Shown here in pieces: positions 14,541 to 22,245 of a DNA stretch of 28,493 bases. Every line of letters begins with the position of its first letter. Within the stretch, counting starts at the first letter, position 1. This stretch comes from a virus. The notes beneath the pieces were generated by a model. It did not search any database, was not told where the DNA came from, and saw only the letters and a program-made list of their open reading frames with translations. The translations under genes were made by a program, and so were the position numbers. The stretch is taken from the IMG/VR virus record IMGVR_UViG_3300045125_000127, one strand, 5' to 3'.

Positions 14541-14682
14541 TGGTCGTTAGTGTACAGCTTGTTCCCATCAACCAACTGTAGGTCGGCCACCGGGTAACAC
14601 CGAGTTCGATCTGCGGGGGAACGATAGCACGGCCCCACTGCTAAGGGGTTACAGCAGCGTTGCGAACTGCACGGCCGACCAA
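14541..14682 (+). ncRNA. tRNA-like body (GCT loop) with ~68-nt D-loop insert and degenerate T arm
   Basis: TGGTCG/CGACCA; TAGTGTA-[insert closed by GTTCCC/GGGAAC]-TAGCAC; GCCCC..CTGCTAA-GGGGT. Confidence 0.7.
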
Positions 14683-14685
14683 TAT

Positions 14686-14757
14686 GTGGGTGTAGCCTAA
14701 CGGCGAGGCATCACATTCCCAATGTGACCAATGCGGGTTCGATTCCCGTCACCCACT
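14686..14757 (+). tRNA. tRNA-Gly(CCC)
   Basis: GTGGGTG/CACCCAC-T, TCACA-TTCCCAA-TGTGA. Confidence 0.93.
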
Positions 14758-14850
14758 CTGTACCAGTCTCGAACGGGACGGCTCCGGCTGCCCTGAACGG
14801 GGTAAAGGGTAATCCGAAAAGTCGTATGACACGGAACCCCACTGGTTTTT

Positions 14851-14921
14851 GCGGGCATGGTGTAAAGGTAGCCCGTTAGCTTGCCATGCTAGAAGTCCGG
14901 GTTCGAGTCCCGGTGCCCGCT
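14851..14921 (+). tRNA. tRNA-Gly(GCC)
   Basis: GCGGGCA/TGCCCGC-T, TTAGC-TTGCCAT-GCTAG. Confidence 0.92.
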
Positions 14922-14942
14922 CTTTTTTTCAGGGAGAACGTC

Positions 14943-15269
14943 GTGGTAAAGCCCTACGAGCCTGAAAACGAATTCAACATGGATGAAGTTTTCAAGTTGT
15001 TCAAGGGGTGCGTCGTTCCGCCCGAAAAGTTTCTGAGGGACGAAGCAGGTGGCGTTGTAATTTCCACCGTCTACGCCCCGGACTTGGAAGTTTACGAGAC
15101 GGCCGTGTTAGATAGGATGAGCAGTTACCCGGTCGAACGGTACGCAACTCGTGAAGAAGCGAAGGTCGGTCACGAGAAGTGGGTCGAGAAGGCCGCATCG
15201 CTGACCGAAGTTCTTGCTCTCGGTTTCGGCTCTCTGATTCCAGACGAAATGGTCACGCTCGTCAGGTAG
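14943..15269 (+). CDS. phage hypothetical protein
   Basis: GGGAG SD; ISTV...YETAV...ERYATREEAKVGH motif. Confidence 0.7.
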   Translation: MVKPYEPENEFNMDEVFKLFKGCVVPPEKFLRDEAGGVVISTVYAPDLEVYETAVLDRMSSYPVERYATREEAKVGHEKWVEKAASLTEVLALGFGSLIPDEMVTLVR

Positions 15270-15274
15270 TTTAT

Positions 15275-15348
15275 CGGGGTGTAGTTCAGCTTGGTAGAAC
15301 GCATCGTTCGGGACGATGAAGTCGCAGGTTCAAATCCTGTCACCCCGA
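15275..15348 (+). tRNA. tRNA-Pro(CGG)
   Basis: Canonical; CATCG-TTCGGGA-CGATG. Confidence 0.96.
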
Positions 15349-15349
15349 C

Positions 15350-15449
15350 TTCGGACAAATGACCGTTAGGTTTACATTGGTGCCCTGGCCGCTCGGACGC
15401 CAAACGCCGCAAGGCGTGGGATACAACTTGACACTATTTGTTGTCCGAA
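15350..15449 (+). ncRNA. small structured RNA (~100 nt)
   Basis: TTCGGACAA/TTGTCCGAA closing stem; ACGCC-GCAA-GGCGT. Confidence 0.5.
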
Positions 15450-15459
15450 CTTTTTCTCC

Positions 15460-16101
15460 ATGAGGTGTGAAATGTTGAAGGGTACTCGTGTGATGCTCGG
15501 CGACGAGGCTCGGACCTACGTCGCAACGGTGGACAAGCTTCGGGGGCTGCTTCACTAAGGCGGGGTATCAGGAAATTATCCTGCCCTCGATCTGGGAGCA
15601 GGAAACTTTCTTGCAAAAAGCGGCCGGAAGCCCCGTCCTCGATATGATGTGGACGTTCAAAGACAAGGGCGACCGTGACTGCTGCCTGATCCCCGAAGCG
15701 ACCGGAATTATCCAAGAACTCTACCGAGAAACTTGGGCCAAGTCGCTCCCGAAACCGGTGAAAGTGTTTTACGCTTCCCGGTGCTACCGATACGACCGGC
15801 CCCAAATGGGCCGATACCGTGAGTTCACACAGTTCGGAGTCGAATGTCTGGGCGACGACGGAAACAACGGCCCGGTGATCGACCTTCTGAAAATGTGCCT
15901 CGACAGTTTCAACCTCAAGTACGACTTCGTTCCGGCCGTCAAGCGTGGGTTGACGTACTATACTGGCGACGGATTCGAGGTAGAATGTCAAAGCCTCGGA
16001 GCGCTCAAAAGCAAGTGGCCGGTGGCGGTCGGTACGGCGAAGGAATCGGTTGGGCCATCGGCGTTGACCGGCTGATTCTCGCTCTGGAAAATCAGAAGTA
16101 A
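15460..16101 (+). CDS. hisS: catalytic-domain-only histidyl-tRNA synthetase (frameshifted as read)
   Basis: LKGTR, LIPEATG, YRYDRPQMGRYREFTQFGVE, RGLTYYTG, AGGGRYG, GWAIGVDRL. Confidence 0.87.
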
Positions 16102-16107
16102 ACAACA

Positions 16108-16326
16108 ATGCCACGACCAAAGAACCCCAACCGTGTCGCCCACCGGTATAATTTGGAACTGACTGCGGCCGACAAGGAACGGATCGAACGATTGGTCGTG
16201 GCATTGAACGCCCGAAGTATGACGGAAGTAATCAGTAGGTCTTTGACCCTAACAGAGACTTTGGTGAATCTGTCGAAAGACGGTGTGGTTAAGTTAGACG
16301 ACAAGTTGTTGGTTATCGGCTCATAG
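16108..16326 (+). CDS. possible ribbon-helix-helix DNA-binding protein
   Basis: RYNLEL...ERIERL...SMTEVISRSL pattern. Confidence 0.55.
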   Translation: MPRPKNPNRVAHRYNLELTAADKERIERLVVALNARSMTEVISRSLTLTETLVNLSKDGVVKLDDKLLVIGS

Positions 16327-16342
16327 CTCAGTTGGTACGAAT

Positions 16343-16415
16343 CCGCCAATAGCTCAGTTGGCAGAGCGCATTCCCGATAAGAATGAGGTCGCAGGTTCAA
16401 CTCCTGTTTGGCGGA
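16343..16415 (+). tRNA. tRNA-Ile(GAT), C33
   Basis: CCGCCAA/TTGGCGG-A, CATTC-CCGATAA-GAATG. Confidence 0.9.
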
Positions 16416-16425
16416 TTCTGAAACA

Positions 16426-16461
16426 ATATAGACCTTGCCTATAGTTAGTGGAGGTCTATAT
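16426..16461 (+). promoter_or_regulatory. SD-sequestering hairpin
   Basis: ATATAGACCT/AGGTCTATAT covers part of GGAGG and the ATG; TATAGT in the loop. Confidence 0.65.
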
Positions 16462-16894
16462 GGGTTGTGAAACAAAAGAAAAGGCGATGTCTCAGAAGCA
16501 GTAGTAGTTGCCGAGTTGATGAAGTTGGGGTTTGGTTGTTCTGGCACCGTTCGGCGACAACCAGCCATGCTGGTTGTTGATCTGGAAGGTTCTAGTTCAA
16601 AATTCAGACGGCTCCAATGCAAAACGGGGCGATTGAGGCGGGGCGTTGTAATTTTCAACACCGAGTCGTGCCTTCCCAGATCGGGCGGCAAATGTGCCCG
16701 TGTTGGATACGAGGGTAAAGCTGACTACTTTGCCGTGTACTGCCCCGACACCGAGAAAGTGTACATTGTGCCGGTAATGTGTGCGTGTAGGGAAGTGCCA
16801 CCTACGAGTGGCTGAGTCTAAAAATGGACAATCGACCGGAGTACGTTTGGCTTCTGATTACGAGCTAAACGCAAACAGTTTCTTCGGTCATTAA
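16460..16894 (+). CDS. PD-(D/E)XK endonuclease, group I intron-associated type (frameshifted)
   Basis: KGDVSEAVV, RLQCKTG, YEGKADYFAVYCP..KVYIVP. Confidence 0.82.
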
Positions 16895-17103
16895 GCTGGA
16901 CCCGTTGCTGAAAGATGGCTGTGGATAACGTCGTCTATAAGGCGATCCCACGGCGAGGGAGCAGGTTTGGGGATGTGATAAACCAGTAGCGAAGGCAACA
17001 TACGCTGCTAAAGCCCCTTGATTTACCATGTTGTAAATTAAGTTCCGACACGGCACTGTCGTCCATCGGCGGCACGAGAAGCCGACGTGTACGGTCGGAA
17101 AGA
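16895..17103 (+). ncRNA. structured ncRNA candidate (~210 nt)
   Basis: GGTTT/AAACC, GTAGCG/CGCTGC, TTGATTTAC/GTAAATTAA, TTCCGAC/GTCGGAA helices. Confidence 0.55.
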
Positions 17104-17150
17104 TTGACGCCATCAGTATAACCTCCTATAATACTGGTAGGAGGTTATAC
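17104..17150 (+). promoter_or_regulatory. sigma70 promoter embedded in an SD-sequestering hairpin
   Basis: TTGACG-17-TATAAT; 13-bp GTATAACCTCCTA/TAGGAGGTTATAC. Confidence 0.8.
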
Positions 17151-17151
17151 G

Positions 17152-17571
17152 ATGGATAATGAAGCTAAAGGAAACTACGCAGAACAGAAAGTTATTTTGC
17201 GTGCGATAGAGAAAGGTGTTCGGGTTTCAAAGCCGTTGCACCCTTGCCGGTATGATTTGGTGATTGATGACGGGAAACTTAAACGTTCTCAAATCAAATA
17301 CGCAGACGGTAAGTGCAGTCACACTGATGGAGCGGTGCAGGTTAATTTGCGAACCTGGGATCATACGGGTCCGAAGAAAAAGTGCAAGAAATATAGTGAC
17401 TCTGAAATTGACGGGGTCTTTGTTTACTTGCCCAAACTCGATAAAGTTTTGTGGTTGGATGTCAACCTGATTGCAGGGAAGTCGGCGGTTGCCATTCGTT
17501 TGGAACCGCCGAAGAATGGACAAAAGAAAGGTGCATCTTCGCAGAAGATCACATTTGGTAACGGGCTGTAG
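17152..17571 (+). CDS. PD-(D/E)XK endonuclease, group I intron-associated type
   Basis: KGNYAE, RYDLVID, SQIKY, YSDSEIDGVFVY; true stop may be 17561. Confidence 0.85.
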   Translation: MDNEAKGNYAEQKVILRAIEKGVRVSKPLHPCRYDLVIDDGKLKRSQIKYADGKCSHTDGAVQVNLRTWDHTGPKKKCKKYSDSEIDGVFVYLPKLDKVLWLDVNLIAGKSAVAIRLEPPKNGQKKGASSQKITFGNGL

Positions 17572-17635
17572 TTCAGCTTGGTAGAACGCTTGTCTGGGGG
17601 ACAAGAGGTCGCAGGTTCAAATCCTGTCAGTCCGA
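17562..17635 (+). tRNA. tRNA-Pro(GGG)
   Basis: Canonical; CTTGT-CTGGGGG-ACAAG. Confidence 0.95.
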
Positions 17636-17833
17636 CTCTTTGAGTTTCTGTTTGGCGAGTCGAGCAATACATTGGTGTTTCGATTCGGAAAGTAGCTGGA
17701 GGAATTTGCGCCGTAGCACATCATCAGTTGGTGCCTCAGTCGTTTCGGCGGCGTAATAATGGTGGTGGTGTTGGTGGTGTTCGGTTTTCGATACAATGAA
17801 CTCTTTGAACTTGACTATGCTGGGATCGAACAT
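17627..17833 (-). CDS. small His-rich hypothetical protein, antisense to the array
   Basis: AAGGA SD before MFDPSIVKFKEF..HHQHHHHYY. Confidence 0.55.
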   Translation of the reverse strand: MFDPSIVKFKEFIVSKTEHHQHHHHYYAAETTEAPTDDVLRRKFLQLLSESKHQCIARLAKQKLKESD

Positions 17834-17916
17834 ACAGTTCCTTTTCGTAAGGCGTTGATTGGATTGCCTTAGAGTGTCCTCCCTGATGTGGTATGTAGGG
17901 ACATGACGGCCAAAAT

Positions 17917-17988
17917 TGCCCGATGGTGTAATCGGTAGCACGCCGCTCTCTGAAAGCGACGGTGAAGGTTCGAGTCCTTCTTGGGCAA
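17917..17988 (+). tRNA. tRNA-Gln(CTG)
   Basis: Paralog of 4451; CGCT-CTCTGAA-AGCG. Confidence 0.93.
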
Positions 17989-18066
17989 CTGCTCAGTCTT
18001 GATGTGAAAAGTAAAGTTGGATCGCATTCCGACAATTGGTTTACTTTTTCACAAGGAGAATGAGCT

Positions 18067-18456
18067 ATGGTTACGATTTTCAGTGTTGGACCGGACGAAC
18101 TGGTATACGAATACGACGAGATGGTGAAGGACGAACGGTACGAATGGATCGTATACTGGTATCAGCTTGACGGCTACGAAGGGGGTGGCGAAGCGGCGAT
18201 GTACGGCAAGGACGGGAAGCTGTACACTCGTGGGTTGAGCCACTGTTCCTGCTACGGGCCTCTGGACGGTTGGGCAACTGACCAGCCGGTGGCTGTAGAT
18301 TTGGAAAAGTTCTTCGCCGAGAAGGACTCCATCTGGGATCATGACTGCAAGGATGCCGTCAAGAAGAAGGTGGGGGAACTGCTGCCGTGGGCCGTGCCTC
18401 CGGGCAAGGTGTTCGGCGAGCCGTTCAACTTCTTAGACGGATTCAAGCGTGAGTAG
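18067..18456 (+). CDS. phage hypothetical protein
   Basis: AAGGAG SD; YEGGG...SHCSCYGP motif. Confidence 0.8.
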   Translation: MVTIFSVGPDELVYEYDEMVKDERYEWIVYWYQLDGYEGGGEAAMYGKDGKLYTRGLSHCSCYGPLDGWATDQPVAVDLEKFFAEKDSIWDHDCKDAVKKKVGELLPWAVPPGKVFGEPFNFLDGFKRE

Positions 18457-18488
18457 TGTTCGAGGGCGGGGTAATACCCGCCCGATAT

Positions 18489-18609
18489 TTCTGGGTAGCT
18501 CAGTGGTAGAGCGACGTAACGTATCTCGATGATTTTGCCCTGCGGGGATGCTTTTGGGATTACATGCAATTTAAGCCGTTGGTCGCAGGTTCGATTCCTG
18601 CCCCAGAAA
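18489..18609 (+). ncRNA. tRNA scaffold with ~55-nt anticodon-loop insert
   Basis: TTCTGGG/CCCAGAA-A; canonical D arm (TAGCTCAGTGGTAGAGC) and T arm. Confidence 0.85.
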
Positions 18610-18624
18610 CTTTTGGAAAACAAC

Positions 18625-18915
18625 ATGGCTCGATGTCTGTGCTGTGAGAAGTATTTGCCCATTCAACCGAGCGGGCAGGATTATATCCAGCCGGACGGTG
18701 CCGGGACGATGAAGGTGAAGTTCGGTTACGGCAGTCGCCACGACATGCTGGGAGTTTATCCCAGCGACGACCCGAAGCCGATTGAAAAGTTGTTGGGTTG
18801 TGCCGAAGTCGTGGCGTATATCTGCGACGACTGTTTCGAGCAGAAGTTCAACTTGATGCACGGCTTCAGTATCACGGAAACTGTGCGAAGAGATTTGGAA
18901 TTTGACGGGGCGTAG
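18625..18915 (+). CDS. hypothetical zinc-binding protein
   Basis: CLCC, FGYGSRHD, ICDDC. Confidence 0.75.
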   Translation: MARCLCCEKYLPIQPSGQDYIQPDGAGTMKVKFGYGSRHDMLGVYPSDDPKPIEKLLGCAEVVAYICDDCFEQKFNLMHGFSITETVRRDLEFDGA

Positions 18916-18978
18916 CTCAGTGGTAGAGCCGCTAGTTTTGGGAACTAGAAGTCGCAGGTTCGATCCCTGTCGCTCCGA
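18906..18978 (+). tRNA. tRNA-Pro(TGG)
   Basis: CGGGGCG/CGCTCCG-A, CTAGT-TTTGGGA-ACTAG. Confidence 0.93.
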
Positions 18979-19006
18979 CTTTGACAATTTACAAGGAGCG
19001 CCCAAT

Positions 19007-19458
19007 ATGGCAAAGAAGAAGAAGGCGGCTCCGACGCCGCCGCCGGACCCGAAGACCTACGTCTATGTGGCGTATCACGAAAGCAAGTCCGGCGGGGAAG
19101 TCCGTGAGGGGATGGAAACGACTCCTGGCCGGAGTACGAAGACGAGTACGTTGAGTGGTATTTGACGGACTGTTTCAAGGACAAGGACGCCGCCCCGTGG
19201 TGTCGGGAAGTGATCGAGGTGACTTTCCAGCCGGAGGTCGGTCAAGAAGTGTGGGTGGTGTGGGTCAACTACAACACCGGTTGTACGTTCGGCCGCACGA
19301 ACGGTGTCTGCTCGATCTTGGGCGTTTGCAAGACGCAGGAAGAAGCGGAAGCCGTGAAGAAGTCGGTTTACGACGACACCTTTCCGGGGTATAAGTCATG
19401 GGTTGGCTACTTCGAGTCTTTCAACAGTTGCGAAATCGGATCACTGGTCGTGAAGTAG
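19007..19458 (+). CDS. hypothetical protein (frameshift near 19120)
   Basis: AAGGAG SD; MAKKKK... joins the frame containing VWVNYNTGCTFG. Confidence 0.65.
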
Positions 19459-19609
19459 AGTGTGACCACAAACGTCGGTGGATCGAGAAAAGGTGGTTGG
19501 ACACCGACGGGACTCCGATGGTACACTTCTACTGTCGTGAATGTGGCTTCGTTGATCGGGGCCACGTTCAAGCGGACCCGGCGGGGTGGACTGGTACTAC
19601 GGAGAGTCC

Positions 19610-19828
19610 ATGAAAGTCTGGAAGCGCTGCCTGAAACATCATATTATCTTCCGAGAAGATGACAAATGTGCGGGCTGCGTGTATCCTAGAAGTTCTTACA
19701 TTGTTTTGACGACGGAAGAGTTTCAAACTGCCGAATATGTGGAAAAATATCCGGGCAGGGATAAAATTCAGTGGCCGAAACCGAAAGGAAATCGTTTCCA
19801 CTGCATAGATGATGTATCTGAGGGGTAG
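19610..19828 (+). CDS. hypothetical protein
   Basis: GGAG SD; ends RFHCIDDVSEG. Confidence 0.6.
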   Translation: MKVWKRCLKHHIIFREDDKCAGCVYPRSSYIVLTTEEFQTAEYVEKYPGRDKIQWPKPKGNRFHCIDDVSEG

Positions 19829-19893
19829 TAGCTCAATTGGTAGAGCGTCTGCTTTGCAAGCAGAAGGTCAGGGGTTCGATTCCCTCTGCTCCA
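19822..19893 (+). tRNA. tRNA-Ala(TGC)
   Basis: G3:U70; TCTGC-TTTGCAA-GCAGA. Confidence 0.94.
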
Positions 19894-19895
19894 CT

Positions 19896-19960
19896 GCCGA
19901 TGCCCGTCTTGACGTTAAGTTGGCTTAGGTTCAACGTCAGGGCGGGGCCAACCTTCGGCT
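19896..19960 (+). ncRNA. small pseudoknotted RNA
   Basis: CCCGTCTTGACGTT/AACGTCAGGGCGGG stem; loop GTTGGC complementary to downstream GCCAAC. Confidence 0.55.
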
Positions 19961-19965
19961 AAAAT

Positions 19966-20037
19966 GGGGTCGTAGCTCAGTTGGTAGAGCGCTTCAATGG
20001 CATTGAAGAGGTCAGGGGTTCGACTCCCTCGGCTCCA
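19966..20037 (+). tRNA. tRNA-Ala(GGC)
   Basis: CTTCA-ATGGCAT-TGAAG. Confidence 0.94.
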
Positions 20038-20040
20038 CTT

Positions 20041-20175
20041 ATGGAAAAGATTCCTTTGTTTGACAAAACCGAGAAGATTTTGATCGGTTTGTATCTTGTA
20101 GCTTTGACCGGTCTGATTTTCTTCGGCATCGCCAACGCAGACTGGTTGTTGGTAGTTGCCGTTCTTTTGTTGTAA
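20041..20175 (+). CDS. small membrane protein
   Basis: 44 aa, two hydrophobic segments. Confidence 0.55.
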   Translation: MEKIPLFDKTEKILIGLYLVALTGLIFFGIANADWLLVVAVLLL

Positions 20176-20184
20176 AGGTAACAA

Positions 20185-20817
20185 ATGTTGGGTAATTACG
20201 GAAATAAGACCGAAGAAGAGATTCGGGAAGGAAGCCGTCGAGAGGCTTTTGCTGATCTTGCTGCTGGACGCCTCGGCTACAGAACGTTCGGGCTGATTCG
20301 CAGTCCGCACTTGCTCGAACAAGCTTACAACGAGAAGGGCGTCAAGTTACGGATCATTGCGGGCGACCTTGTTGACAAATACATTTGTGCCTATGCGGGC
20401 GGTTACAACGAGGTGATGAAGTCGGAAATCGTCAAGAAACATCCGAACTTTTTCGAGGATGTTTTACGGCGACACCAAGAACTGAGAAGTCAACCGAATC
20501 CGCCTCCGGCACCTCTTCCTCTTATTTCTTTTGGAGAACCAATGGGCATCGAGCGAGGCAGCGGCGACGATGGCGATGAAGAACAACGCATCAGCATCAG
20601 CCACAACGTATTGCCGACCGACAAAGCCCTCAACGAAGGATTGATGGTTGACGTTGAAGGGTATCCGAGTCAAGAACTGACCTTTACCATTTCGCTCGGC
20701 AAGTGGACGACCGGTATGCGAAAGATGGGTTTCAATGCCGAAGTCGGGCCGATCACGAAAGCCGAGTTTTCGGCTCTGGTAGACGAGATGGTGAAAGTAC
20801 GGGACAAGTACAAGTGA
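20185..20817 (+). CDS. hypothetical protein, possibly two genes with a second start at 20542
   Basis: 210-aa ORF; internal GGAG-N5-ATG. Confidence 0.65.
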   Translation: MLGNYGNKTEEEIREGSRREAFADLAAGRLGYRTFGLIRSPHLLEQAYNEKGVKLRIIAGDLVDKYICAYAGGYNEVMKSEIVKKHPNFFEDVLRRHQELRSQPNPPPAPLPLISFGEPMGIERGSGDDGDEEQRISISHNVLPTDKALNEGLMVDVEGYPSQELTFTISLGKWTTGMRKMGFNAEVGPITKAEFSALVDEMVKVRDKYK

Positions 20818-21056
20818 AACGGTACGTTGTGCGAATAGCCGGTCCTTGGGGCGTGGATTGTTGTAGTTTCAAGTACGCTCAGGTTAACAAAGACCTACTT
20901 GAAATTACCGGTTGGGTTAACGACATTGACGAGGCCACATTGCTCCGAAGTGATGAAGCGGATTTAATCATTGAAGATTACCAGCCGATGTCGGATTGGG
21001 AAATTTCGATGATGAGATTGAGGCGACCAAAATACCGATCAATTGACGAGGTGTGA
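20814..21056 (+). CDS. hypothetical protein ending PKYRSIDEV
   Basis: GTGA coupling; C-terminal tag. Confidence 0.65.
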   Translation: MKRYVVRIAGPWGVDCCSFKYAQVNKDLLEITGWVNDIDEATLLRSDEADLIIEDYQPMSDWEISMMRLRRPKYRSIDEV

Positions 21057-21816
21057 CGTGGGTTTGTTCATGTGCCACATTTGCGAAGAACACCTCAATC
21101 TTGACGAGCCGGGGCCGCACGTTTGCAACCACGACAAACTCGTGGCTAAAGTCCAAAGTCTCACGCAAGAGCGAAATGACGCCCAACGCAAGCTTGACGA
21201 CATTTGTTTGGCGGTGAAGCGTGTGTTGTTGCCGGTGGATTCTCTGGCGGGCGAAAAGACGGAAGTTGAAACCGAGTACCTTCGCAAATTGTGGGACGCA
21301 GCCGAGTGCCGGTGGTACGAGTCCAAGAGTGCTGACAACTACTTGGTCTGCAAGTTGGCCCACAGTCGGGTTCTGACCGAAGCGTTCGCCCTCTTCAACG
21401 AATGCGAAAACCTCATGTTCCGTGAGAGGAAGTGGGGCGACCACACGCCAATCACGCTGTTGACGAAACTGAAGCGGCTGAAAGAAGAGTGTGATCGTGC
21501 GTGTGAGGTTTTCGGCTGGAAGAACACGTTCACGTTGACGCCGGAGCAGGTTGCGGCGGGTGTGTTGGACACGAAGGCGATGATGGCGGATTTCATCGAA
21601 CACGCTACCGACGACTTGGTGACGAAGTACGAACACTGGCTGTTCGATTTCTCGTTGGAAAAGCCGGAAGAGGCGAAGGTGATCGGCGAGTTTGTGAAGT
21701 GGTACAGGGAAGAGGCTGAGAAGTCGCTGCATGTGGGTCGAGGGCAGGACAATGTCAGTTTCGCCGAAGCCCGTCGCCGAATTCGCAATCAAGATGACGG
21801 ACAAGCGTCTGGGTGA
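21043..21816 (+). CDS. hypothetical protein; start uncertain
   Basis: 257-aa ORF with N-terminal CHIC and coiled coil. Confidence 0.75.
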   Translation: MTRCDVGLFMCHICEEHLNLDEPGPHVCNHDKLVAKVQSLTQERNDAQRKLDDICLAVKRVLLPVDSLAGEKTEVETEYLRKLWDAAECRWYESKSADNYLVCKLAHSRVLTEAFALFNECENLMFRERKWGDHTPITLLTKLKRLKEECDRACEVFGWKNTFTLTPEQVAAGVLDTKAMMADFIEHATDDLVTKYEHWLFDFSLEKPEEAKVIGEFVKWYREEAEKSLHVGRGQDNVSFAEARRRIRNQDDGQASG

Positions 21817-22003
21817 CGGTGCGACTCCGTTTTATCTGTCGAAACTAGGAAGCTGGACGTTGAAACGTGAAGAGGCCGGTTTGTTTAGTTTGGAAGTAGC
21901 TCAAGAGAAATTGTTGTGCTTTCAGTCGTATGCGACTGAAAGCAGGCACGGTGCGAACAGTTACAGCATTGTGTGTTTGCGGTGGAGGTCGATTGACGAT
22001 TAA
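21752..22003 (+). CDS. hypothetical protein ending RWRSIDD
   Basis: AGGA SD then MSVSPKPV; similar design to flanking small ORFs. Confidence 0.6.
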   Translation: MSVSPKPVAEFAIKMTDKRLGDGATPFYLSKLGSWTLKREEAGLFSLEVAQEKLLCFQSYATESRHGANSYSIVCLRWRSIDD

Positions 22004-22004
22004 A

Positions 22005-22245
22005 ATGACTCAGCCATATTTAATCAAGATGGTGGACCCGAATCGACCGGAGCCATTGTATTATGGCGGCGCTGCGGGCTGGACGGACGACTTGCTTCGT
22101 GCTGTGCAGATGGATTTTGACAAGAGCGCACCAAGTGTTGTCTGTAGTAGTTAACGGACAGAAGATAATTGATCGTTTGGAGGGCAATCTGGCTAAACAA
22201 TATTCGATTGCCTTATTGCCACGATACAGGTCGATTGACGATTAA
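22005..22245 (+). CDS. hypothetical protein ending PRYRSIDD (one frameshift)
   Basis: MTQPYLIKM... joins the frame ending LLPRYRSIDD. Confidence 0.6.
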
